A DNA stretch of 60,889 bases, the filler included, from Sphacelaria rigidula (lineage: Eukaryota): assembly GCA_964200075.2 (NCBI GenBank). It is 9 parts of 9 records of this genome, joined end to end, with 100 filler letters (N's around TTAATTAATTAA, not from the genome) between each part and the next. Parts side by side here need not be neighbours in the genome. Positions count along the whole stretch, not along the records: positions 1 to 6,677 come from CAXNAA020018687.1; positions 6,778 to 13,454 come from CAXNAA020018688.1; 7 more parts are not named here. One strand, written 5' to 3'. The translations under genes were made by a program, and so were the position numbers. This document shows, piece after piece, positions 1-10,329 of this stretch (the stretch's first letter is position 1; the number at the start of each line of letters is the position of its first letter). A model generated the notes under the pieces. The model did no database searches. It saw nothing but the letters and a program-made list of their open reading frames with translations, and was not told the DNA's origin.

Positions 1-36
1 GGGGGGGGGGGGGGGGGGGGGGGGCGGGGGGGCGGC

Positions 37-72
37 GTACTCATTTGTTGCTTGCCTTAGTCGTTTGACCAT
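37..72 (-). mobile_element. 3'-terminal fragment of CCHC-LINE family, between G-tracts
   Basis: The reverse complement reads ATGGTCAAACGACTAAGGCAAGCAACAAATGAGTAC, then a C-tract, matching the 3' end of 40662-41442. G-rich sequence lies on both sides. Confidence 0.85.
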
Positions 73-670
73 AGGGGAGGGGGAGGGGGGACTTGAATAG
101 TTCGGTACACAACGTGTCGTTTTTCTCGCACAAACGCTACTAGGGCATGGCTTCGCCAATCCCACCTTCAAGCCGTTGTGATTTCAACCCCGCTTCGTTC
201 CATTACTCTCGTACTTCAACCCTCATCCTCCTGAAAGGGGTGCGCTTCGGAACTGCCTTTCAGCGAGAAAATGAAAATATCGGCGACGGGGTGACGTCTG
301 CACACACGATTCAGCACAGAATAACAACGGGTCAGCCCATCTTGTTCAAGGACGGAAGACGTCCAGTGTTTGGTTGATGGGGAGGAGGACACCCAGACAT
401 GCACGTGAATCCTTTGAGCGCAGCATAACATGGGCGACCCATTCATTTTCAACCGAAAACGATGGCAACCTGTTCGATAAAATGTTGCAACGAATGGCTC
501 TCCTCAAAAGCGCGGTCGGGAGAGGACCCTTCATCAAGTTTCTTTAGTCGTGTCATCCTAGGATAAAATTTCCAAGACGGGGCTGGCTCTTCCAGAGATT
601 GATAGCCTCGCTTCCCTACAACGTAGAGACATACATACAGGATGACAACCATGCCTCCCCCTCCATCCCT

Positions 671-1053
671 CGGTACTCCATCTCGAAAGGGATGCGTGGT
701 CAATGTGATCAGATGACCGAGGCAAGCAACAAATGAGTGCACTTACCCCCCCCCCCCCCCTCCCTTCCGTAAAATGCGGGACGTGAACGAAGGTGGCATG
801 AAATTGTTTGATGCACTAGACAGTAGGGAGAAAACGATGGCCATACTAGGAGATAGATGGTGGCCACAGACGGAACAGGACGGGGATAAGATATGTAAGG
901 TGTTCGTGTAATGTATGGAAGAAACGTAATGAGCACCGAAAAGTTGGAGGTGTCTCTATTAGGAGTAGGAACGGTGTTCCGTCTCGAAAGGGATGCGTGA
1001 TCAGTGGTCAAACAACTAAGGCGGGCAACAAACGAGTATGCTCCCCCCCCCCC
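671..1053 (+). mobile_element. Two tandem 5'-truncated copies of the CCHC-LINE 3' end (about 671-741 and 771-1040), each followed by a C-tract
   Basis: Both copies contain TCTCGAAAGGGATGCGTG...GGCAAGCAACAAATGAGT-like sequence. The longer one aligns with 41175-41442 (LDSREKTMAILGDRWWP). C-tracts are at 746-764 and 1043-1053. Confidence 0.85.
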
Positions 1054-1424
1054 ACGTCTCGCCCTCTCTCGTAAACATTTTTTTTCTCCATGTTTTTGCC
1101 TCTGACCCGCCCTCTCCTCTTAGTCCCTCCTTGTCCCCCCTTCCCCCCCGCCGGTTCCTTCTCCCACTAACCGATGCTGTCGAACTCGAGAGTCTTGACG
1201 TCCACCCCGTCTACGGAGATGAGTCTATCCTTGGGGGCTAGGCCCACGTCTTGGGCCACGCTAGAGCCTTTCGCTAGCGATGCGAGATAGGCTCCCCGCT
1301 TCACCTTGCCTCCGCTTACCACCTGCAGTGGAGAATGACGACGAGTTTAGAGTTCATAGATGTGATGGAGGGTATTTCCGTGAGTTCGGACTGTATTTAT
1401 TACTACCGCACTGGTTACCGTATA

Positions 1425-2032
1425 CTTCCTCTGTTTCATAAATCTGTGGAGTTACATTTGTACGAGCACTTCACGATGTCCAGTTTGATGTTCGTTTTTT
1501 TAATGCATTCGTCGGCGTTTTTTGAGTCAAGAGCATCAGTCTTTCTACCACGTGGGTGCTTGACCCGCGCAGCCTCGCGGCCGAGAAAAAGTAGGTCGGC
1601 CAAAATATGGCTATTTTCAACTCTTTTTCCCAGTTGAGCATAGGCGACCCGGGAACACGAAAAATCGTGGGAAAATGTGAAAAAAAACCCCTGAAAATCG
1701 CAAAACTACCATTGATTTCGGATATCTCCGTGACTTTAACCTACGCACGCCCCACCTAACAAACTTTCAGTATGCAATCGCAAGTGCTCGACGTCAAAAC
1801 TCCCAAAAGCGGTCAACATAGGGGTATACCTGGACCAGTGAGGGCCAAAATATGGAATATTTTGACTTGCATTTAGTGTTGAAGACCACCTTCGAATTTT
1901 TTTTTTTTTAGTGAGCTTGGTAAAATATGCGCGTTGTGATTCTAACGCACCCGGGTACGGGATAAACGTCGATGTGGGAGTACTCTAACGATAAAGCGCC
2001 CATGGCTGCACAGACTTATGAAACAGAGGAAG
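1425..2032 (+). mobile_element. Stowaway-like (Tc1/mariner-type) MITE, copy 1
   Basis: TIRs CTTCCTCTGTTTCATAAATCTG and CAGACTTATGAAACAGAGGAAG, with TA on both flanks. The internal sequence is shared with 3616-4195 and 33886-34266. Confidence 0.85.
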
Positions 2033-3615
2033 TATCGAGCCTCGAGGAGGGGTATTTCGGAACTGAAACTGTTCATTCATGAATTGAACCCCTCCCACTC
2101 TCAACCATATCCTCTAATCTCAATTTCACGAGAACATTGTGAGGGCAGCGCGCCACTCACACCAGACGTACTGCTCGGCAGTGTAGATCAGAAGAAAATC
2201 TTGGTAGAAAAAAAAATGCTTATTCATTGCCAACAAAAACGGCACGTCAGACACGGGTCTACTATATTCAACCCAACAACAAATTTTATATGAGGCAAGT
2301 GCAGCGTTATTCCTTTTTCCATAGTATGGAGGGATTTTTGTGGGAGAATATGTACCTTCTAGTAGTTACTGTCATATTCCGTAGTTGCAATTGTCTCCGA
2401 CCAAGAGTGGAGATCATCACAGTAGGAGGGGTGGGCACTTCCAGCATCAAGAGCTCGCTTCACGGGGGGTGTGCGGTTGTGTAAAAAGCACCATCACGCT
2501 CGAGACCCGTCACAGCACACGTCGCCAACGATTGCTACTGAAAAGAGGGGGCGTCCCGGTAGTACACGGCGAAGTTGTGCAGGATTCTCTACATGCCGGC
2601 CCCACCCCGCGCGCACGGATTTTAAATCACACTTGTTTACAGTATACATGTATGATACTGCTTGCTTTCTGTGTGTACGTGATGTACCACCCCTCGCTCC
2701 GCCACATCTTGTACAGCGGTCGGTGCTGCAGCTAAGCGTGCATTTGCCCTCCTAGGTGGTGCACGCAGGAGTAAAAGGCCGCCTCTGCCGCTGTAATGGC
2801 TGCCTGTATCTTGAGCGGAGCTGCATGGTTTCACAGCCGCTATGGCGCACAAGCCGGCTGAAACAATCCAGACCGGGGAGATTTCTACACTCTGTCTCGA
2901 ATAATACTGCGGAAGTCGCAGTAGGCAATTGCTTCTATACTGTGCACGGTACATCATTTTGAATTGTACACCGACTGTAGAAAGCTCTTGTCCAGGGTGT
3001 ACTTGTAATACATCTCCACATATATTAGGCGGTGAGGTCGTGAAATAGTCAACAGCACAAGGCCAAAGTAGAAGTGAGGCAATCGCCGAAATATTCACGT
3101 GCCAAGCCTGTGCGGAGGAAATCTAAGCTGATGAGGCTAGAAGAATACCAGTGCAACGCCCACTCCGGCTGCCAGCCTGTTTGCACGGCCGTCCCGGTAG
3201 TGGTGGGACTATCTGTACCGGGATGTTGCCCCCAGTACCAGGTACGCCGGCAAGGGCCCGTCGCGCTACCCACTGATCGCGCGACAGAAGCTTACGCTTC
3301 GACTGTCGACCGTTTTGGAGCGGAAACTTTCACCTCCCAACCCTCATACGGTATATATATAGCGGACCATAAACGATGCTTGTTGGGTTTATTCGAGCGT
3401 TCATCCATAACTGGGCGAAGATTGATGATGAGGCCGGCAGGATCCGTTGCAGCCAGCGTCCTCAACTGTTACTGTACCCACTACAGTCGTCATCAGACAG
3501 CAGGGTGTGAAAAAAACAAAATCCCACGCACAGTGATTATCCACCGTGTCAGTGCAGACCGGGCCATCAGCGACTTCCCCTGCCTCAGCTGTGACTGTGA
3601 CACCTTCCTCTGATA

Positions 3616-4195
3616 CTTCCTCTGTCTCATAAGTCTGTATCTTCATGTTTGTACGAGCTCTTGACGATGCCCGATGTGATTTCCGATTTTTGGTCGCATC
3701 CGTTGGTGTTTTTTGGGCTAGAAACAGTATTTCTACAACGTGGGTACTTGACCCGTGCAGCATCGCGGTCGAGAAAAAGTAGGTCGGTCAAAACATGACC
3801 ATTTTTCGCCCTTTTCCCCGGTAGAGCATAGGAGATCCGGGAATCGCGAAAAATTGTGAAAAAAAATGTGAAAACCGCAAAGCCACCACTGATGTGGATA
3901 TCTCCGTGACGTTAACCTACGCACACCTTATATAACAAATTTTCAGCGTGCCATCGCGAGTGCTCGACGTAAAAACGTTCAAAATCAGTCAACATTGGGG
4001 TATAAGTGGGGGACCAAAAAGGGTCAAAATGGGGTACATTTTGACATAATATTAGTATTGGAAACATCTTTTTATTTAGTCAGCTTCGTCTGCGCGTTAT
4101 CTCTCTGACGAGCCCAACTGTAGGATGATGGTCAGCGTTGAAATACCCAAACGATTAAACGTCCATAACGATACAGACTTACGGGACAGAGGAAG
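3616..4195 (+). mobile_element. Stowaway-like MITE, copy 2
   Basis: TA|CTTCCTCTGTCTCATAAGTCTG ... CAGACTTACGGGACAGAGGAAG|TA. The internal block CGAGAAAAAGTAGGTCGG is shared with copy 1. Confidence 0.85.
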
Positions 4196-4410
4196 TACTA
4201 ATTTACACATTCTTCAACTTTTGGCGTCATGTAACACGAGGTGCGGATTCTCTTCACGCCTAAGCTGCCAAAATACCGCCTCCATATTATGGAAAAGGAT
4301 CAACGTGAGTGAGGAAGAGGGCCATTACAACATAATTACTGTCGGTATCATCTCTAAAAAGCTCTGCTTCTGAATACCGGTGGAATACTGAACGGTACTG
4401 CAGTCAGTAC

Positions 4411-4706
4411 CAGTGTTGACGATCGAGCGGAATGAAAAGTTCGATACGATTTTATAAAATTTAGACAAAAAACATTGATTTCGACATTTTCGCCGATACT
4501 CGGAAAATGGTCAAACAACTTTTTTTTGTTTTCTGGGCCTGTTTTGCTGTTTTTGAAGGGTCCTTTTTTTTGTAAAAAAAGGGGGGGACCGATGATGTGA
4601 ATGCACTACAGTACCCCTCTCCCCTTTTAGCAGGCGATTCCGATACTGGGAATTGCCGAAAATCGCGATCGATTTTCAATATTTCGATAGACGATTTTCA
4701 ACACTG
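4411..4706. mobile_element. hAT-like MITE (296 bp)
   Basis: TIRs CAGTGTTGACGATCG and CGATTTTCAACACTG match at 13/15. The 8-bp flanks GTCAGTAC and CTCAGTAC match at 7/8, the TSD length typical of hAT. Confidence 0.75.
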
Positions 4707-6106
4707 CTCAGTACCCACTGGAGACATCAACCCCTGACACAAAACTGGCCTCGAATGATCGTTTATTGAATACGACAGCAGGTTTGCCGGTGTCGTCAGT
4801 GGGAACCAGATATGTTGACAACACTGCTCGAAGGATGGCGAAACCGTATTCCGTAGGACAAACTATCATAGTTGTGGTTGGTATACGTTTCTTGCTCCCT
4901 TTATTGAGGTACTTCCGTAGTACGGGTATGTAATGAAGATATCGATTCCTTCCTGTCCAACCAATCCACCGTAATGCCGCCATGTCTACGGTAGTTGCAC
5001 GCAGTCTTTACGGTCACCCGGCTAAGTACGCTTACTATGCGTCGGCCGCCGTATGTACATACGATAGGGCCAGGTCGAAAAAAGGAAGGACGCACGACGC
5101 ACGTTACGCGGGCTACCTACCTGTAGTCTTGATACATCAGACGACACAGGCAGCAGTTTCAAGAGGAGTATCGTACGCGATGCAGATGAAGGGGGAAACA
5201 GTCTCGTGATGCGGAGAACGAATTGATGTCTCTTGTTCATCAATAAAAGGTGTGTTTTTTAGCCGAAATTCGAAGTTCGCTTCTTTTTCTTTCCGGAACC
5301 TGTGTGCGTTTACAAATATTTACAACGAATCTCCAAACTTCGGAAATGGATTGCGATAAAAGAAATATTACGGACGTGTTTGACTGATACATGACGATAC
5401 ACTTGACTCTTAGACCGCGATGGTAGTCCATCTGGATGATACATACCTCTTTCACGTGAGATTGATGCCGATTCAGCAGATGACCTACTCTCGCCGTTAA
5501 ATGATTTAGACTTGTACCAGGCTTTACAGCTTGTTTGATACGAAGTACACATTACTACGGCTTCGTTGCTAACCGTAAGTTGCTCTGTGATCGCACAGGG
5601 GTGCGTTCTCACGACCCCTGTGCGAACACCGCGCCCCCTGTGCAAAAATCGAATTAAATCATGTGGTACTGTTTTTCCATCGCACACCCCTGTGCCATCT
5701 CAGCGACATGTGCGATTTTGAGTAAATAATTTCGATGACACCGGGGTCTTTGAACTCACACCCTGTGCGATAACCCCGGCATGTGTGATACTGAGTAAAT
5801 CTTCGCCGGTGTAAATGAACAATCTGCAACAGTACTGCCGTAGGAACGAGGTCTGAAGATGCCTGAAACATAGCAAGCACACACGGGCACACAGCTACAG
5901 CACGACAGCATCAAGCACACCGCACGAGCCTACGGTAGTTGTCATGGCATCGGTATACCGTTACACGAAGTGTCGAAGAGAGAGACGAGGTTGATTGCAA
6001 GAACTATCGTTCGGTGCAAGTACGCGTTTGCTTTCGGGCTTTGTTCTTTCCGTCGGTGTTGGCGTTTGGTGAAAGGTTTCGGCTTTGGTGGTTTCAACCA
6101 AGGTGC

Positions 6107-6560
6107 TGTGACGATTTATTGGCAACCGATTAGACTACCGTACAGTCAGTCTATCGGTTGCCTATAAATCGTCACAAAAGCTAGTCGTGAGGGAGTACTC
6201 CCCGTCACTTTCACTTCGAGGAGGGCGATCCCCCTTGCCAGCGCTGTGCAGGTCTACGCGCGCACGGTATAGGTCTAATGTTGCCACACGCATCTATTCG
6301 GGGTTACTCGTCTCCCCCTCTCATTTCCAGAGTGTGTGCACTGGGGTGCCTAGCAGTCAACTCGGGGATTGGACTCTCCCCCATCACCCTCTTTTTTACC
6401 GGAGGTAGGGTTTTCCTCTTTTTTCTTGAAAAAAAGTGCGTTCGACGGGAATGGAACCAGCGACTAACTTTTGTGGCGATTTATCGGCATCCGATTAGAC
6501 TACGGTACAGTCAGCGCTAACTGTATCGTAGTCTAATTGGTTGCCTATAAATCGTCACAA
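6107..6560. repeat. Two palindromic units (6107-6176 and 6471-6560) arranged as inverted termini around about 270 bp
   Basis: Each unit reads TGTGRCGATTTAT..GGCA.CCGATTAGACT ... AGTCTA..GGTTGCCTATAAATCGTCACA. The second has 41-bp arms with 5 mismatches. The adjacent AAAGCTAGTCG and CGACTAACTTT are also inverted copies. Confidence 0.8.
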
Positions 6561-6599
6561 CGACGAGAACTGGAGTAAAATAAATTGAAAAAGAAAACC

Positions 6600-6677
6600 A
6601 CTCCACACAGTGGAGAGCGACTTTGTCGTGGGTACACAAAATTCGACTTAACGGTCGACGAGGGAAAGGGATTGCTG
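6600..6677 (+). mobile_element. Fragment of tRNA-derived SINE family, cut by scaffold end
   Basis: GTGGGTACACAAAATTCGACTTAACGGTCGACGAGGGAAAGGGATTGCTG matches the bodies of the copies at 17008-17368 and 26067-26386. Confidence 0.75.
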
Positions 6678-6777
6678 NNNNNNNNNNNNNNNNNNNNNNN
6701 NNNNNNNNNNNNNNNNNNNNNTTAATTAATTAANNNNNNNNNNNNNNNNNNNNNNNNNNNNNNNNNNNNNNNNNNNN
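6678..6777. other. Artificial scaffold linker (N-run, TTAATTAATTAA, N-run; 100 bp), first of eight
   Basis: The same linker occurs at 6678-6777, 13455-13554, 20232-20331, 27009-27108, 33786-33885, 40562-40661, 47338-47437 and 54114-54213. The pieces between them are 6677 bp (x5) then 6676 bp (x4). TTAATTAATTAA places stops in all six frames. Confidence 0.97.
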
Positions 6778-8109
6778 AAGTATGTATGCCTGCCTTCTTT
6801 GGGGGTTGATGCTCGAAACCAGGGATTTCTTGTGTTTTCCTGGTGAGGAAGGAGGAAACCTCACCTAACATGTTCCCCACAAGCGGGTTAGTGTGCCGAT
6901 TACCCGAAGGCTCGGCTAGACCGTCTCGCGGCAGTCATGTGGTGTAGGAACCTCGAACGTTCGGGAGCTTTTCTCAAAACAAATGTGGGGGTGGAACCCA
7001 CTAGAACCCCCTGTCAACTTGGTGCAGTGCACGCGCCGCCCTACTCTCACGAGCTTCGGCCCTAGCCAAACCAGGGATGAGCCATTTAGTCATAGCGACG
7101 GCGGGGTACCCCGGTATTGACGGGTACCTAGTGATATTGTTCCAAAAAGCGGCGTCGCGCCGAAAGTGTCGAAGTAGGTTCCGGCTACTTTTTCCTCCAA
7201 CGGCGAGACTTGGTCACCTGTTGAAATCGGAATGATTTTAAGTTGAACAATGTCTGCAAGACCCGGATGACCCACCCCTGGCGGTCAGAGGGTTAGAGCG
7301 GTACCGCCCTGCAGCAGTGTCTATTCAGGGGTTTTAATTTATCAATTATTGTGGCTACGAGAAAATCCGGCGAGGCCACAAACTGTGTGATAGGTCCACG
7401 TCACTTCTGCTCCTGCATGTCTTCTATTTTTTATTCTTCGCGCGCGATTTGAAGACTAGAAAATGTAGAAAAATACGGCGCAAACAATCACATGGCAGTA
7501 AGAAGAAAGTCCCTGTTTCTTTACATGTTCTTCATGCGCAACGTTTGGAAACGCGTGCTCAATGGTTGAAGACTTGCCCTGCCATCTACACATGCTAGAC
7601 CCCCTCACACCTTCAGACGCCTAATACCTTGAAAGACTAGGGCCACCTATACGTTGAAAGACTAGGGCCGAGGATCTTGAGGGCACGGAAGCGCGTGCTC
7701 TGCGCCAAGTTGACGGGGGGGGGTCAGTGGGTCGAACGCCCACACTGCCTTAAGCAAAGCTTGCGAACGCTCGAGGCGCCTACCCCACATGACTGCCGAG
7801 CCTCCGTGTAAACGAACCCGCTTGCGGGGTGAGTGTTGGGTCAGGTTTACTCTTTTGTTCAAGGGAAAAAAAAACATCTTCAGGGATAGCCAACAGTCTG
7901 TCGCAGTATGATGGCAATTCATTTTAGTGGCTTTGGTGCAATATTGGGAGCAGCAGACGTGCGCGAAAGTTTGTTGCTGTGTTTGTGTTTTGTCACTACT
8001 CGTACACCGTCAATTTGACGCAGTTGTCCGAAAACAAGTAGCGCTGCTTCAGTTCACGCCCGATAGAAACAAATGCAAGGAAATCCTCCAAGGCTGTGCC
8101 CTGTAGGAG

Positions 8110-8460
8110 ACGGTTATGTTTTTTACCCGAGGTATTTACCAGGGTTTTACCCGTACCCGACAGTTCTGTGAGTTATGTAGGCTTCCCATAACCTTACTCA
8201 ACAATTCTGTAAGTTATGTCAGCCTTCCATCCCTTTACCCGGGGTACGGGTATACCCTTGTATGAAACTCGGGCAAGGGTACGGGTTTCTTCACAATATC
8301 CATGCCAGTTCTGCAAGTTCTGGAAGACTTCTTCATACCCTACCCGACAGGTTTTGTAAGTTCTCTATGACTTCATACCGGCACCCGATAGTTCCATAAC
8401 TTCTGTGGAGGAATCTCATACCCAACCGAGCGTACCCGTACGCTACAGAGCTCAACCCTG
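8110..8460. repeat. Non-coding repeat with internal degenerate tandem units (TACCCG..AGTTCTGT.AGTT)
   Basis: TACCCG and AGTTCTGTRAGTT motifs recur about every 40-50 bp. The region ends in AACCCTG, with CAGGGTT near the start, so it may be TIR-derived. Confidence 0.5.
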
Positions 8461-9504
8461 AACCAATCTCTAGCAGATTAAGAGCTACGCCCCGGGCTAT
8501 CAAGCTTTGCATCGCGTGGCACGAATCTCGTGGAATCAGCTTTCATATGAGTGGTGATACTTGCCGTGCTTTGCAATGTCATTCTCATTTCCTTGCTGCG
8601 CTTTGTGGAATTCGTCCGGACTCGAAAGGATTGACAAACGAGCACGATCACTCAGGCCATATTTTCTCGTCACGAGCTGGGCCAGCCAAAACACGGTTTT
8701 GAACCCTCACAATCACATCTCATCGACGTGGATGGATTGAGCCGTGATCCGCACATGTTATTAATCGTCGAATCGAAGAGCAGATCCGCACCTGCTCAAC
8801 AGCCCGGTCAAAATGCTCTCTCGTTCATTCGTACAAGTCTACACTAAACTCAAGTCGTTCGCGGGTTTTTGAAACCGTTTTTTTTTTCTTCGTCTTGTGC
8901 CGAGGGAAAGTTGGCGGAATTCGAAGTTTGAAATACGAGTGGTCATGTCCAACACGCACCATGGACACGAACAAGGAAAACAGGTAATCCAGCTGATCCG
9001 CTGGTCAAAAGCACTGGTCGAAGACGTCTGTACCCTACATCCACCTAGAGAAGGACTCTGGGAAGTATTGGCTTTCGCTCACGTTCACTTCATCAAAGGG
9101 TGGAAGGTCTCTACTAAAGAAGCTGCGCGGATTCGAAACACATGAGTAGACCCTTGCAGTTACTGCGGACTTGAGGTTAAGCTGGGAGGAACGGAGGAAG
9201 CGCCAGCCCGCTGATCCTATCTTACAGGGAGCGACCACGAGCTCAGCTCATGTGCAACCAGCTGCTCCCCCAGGCAAGTTATCAGACGCTATAGGTATGA
9301 AGGCACCATGTATCCAAAATCATATTTCTCGTATGTTGCGGTTTGATGTCTAAACGGCTCATGTCCGTGGCAGAGACAAAGGTACTGCTCTCGTCTGCGA
9401 CAACGCTGCGACATTTTTGAACTCTTTGTGCTTGGGCCTTTGGGCTGCTGTTTGCACGAGTGCTGCCGCCTTTGCTGCTGCGCAACTTTGCACGTACTGC
9501 GATA

Positions 9505-9506
<2 letters not shown>

Positions 9507-9537
<31 letters not shown>
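9507..9537. repeat. (CTG)n microsatellite
   Basis: About 10 consecutive CTG units, read directly. Confidence 0.95.
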
Positions 9538-9543
<6 letters not shown>

Positions 9544-10329
9544 ACACGGTATACCACGTTAGATACCACCCCGGTAGTAACATCTTGGTGTCTACAGTAT
9601 TATCGTCGGGGGTGGTGTTCTGCAGGGGGTGTGGTATGTTGCGTGAAAACTGTGTCTCATGTGGTGTGCGACGTGTCATCTGTACGATTGGACTACTGCT
9701 ATGCTGCTGGTCGAACTACTGTTCGGGCTGATGATTGACAAGCGTACTACCCCCCGTTTGGACGATTCTACTGCGCGTATTTATGTGTACTGCTGTGATC
9801 ATGCTGGTCTGTTTACTGATTCCATGTTTGCACATGGACGTGTCCGTGCACGTGTCCGTGGGTTTCTGTCGATGACGCTATAGTATAACCCACGAGAACT
9901 AAACCCTGTCAGCTGCCACATTCCTCAGGTAAATCGCTCAACAACCCCGGCACTATCGCCAGGTGCAGGAATACAAGCTGTCACGCCAGGAAGGATCCTC
10001 CCCGACCGAGAGCGGAGATGCCTTGAGCGGGGTTGGCGAAAGAGGCATGAGAAGGTTAGCGGGGGGTTTCTCAGGCGTGGTAGTTTCCTCGAGCGTCGGA
10101 TCACGGAGTTGAAGACGCTGGATAAGAAGCTAGAGATGTTAATCTCTCGCCTCACCCCGAACATGGTGAGACGTCTACAGGTGATGGATGCTCTTACCCT
10201 GCGAGGATGTGTGCCCAGATTCCGCATGGGTGGCGGATGTACGGCCCGGCGTTCCATGGCCTGTATCCGACGTGCAGAGTGTTTCGGGTATGTCTTGTCT
10301 TGAGTACACGTCTATCATGTGACCACGGC

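Noticed and set aside
147..660. Short ORFs at the window start
   Set aside because: No recognisable motif or consistent splice structure.
2385..3613. Overlapping 100-180 aa ORFs between the two Stowaway-like MITEs
   Set aside because: No domain signature or codon bias; they look like chance ORFs.
6722..6733. Regularly spaced TTAATTAATTAA palindromes as a biological periodic signal
   Set aside because: They are embedded in N-runs and are standard six-frame-stop assembly linkers.
6778..7310. Possible SINE-like repeat with a (TATG)n end and a tRNA-like TGGCGGTCAGAGGGTTAGAGCG
   Set aside because: Single copy in this window and no B box found, so it cannot be supported from the sequence alone.
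9282..9738. Poly-Q, poly-A and poly-C ORFs
   Set aside because: Products of the CTG microsatellite read in different frames.
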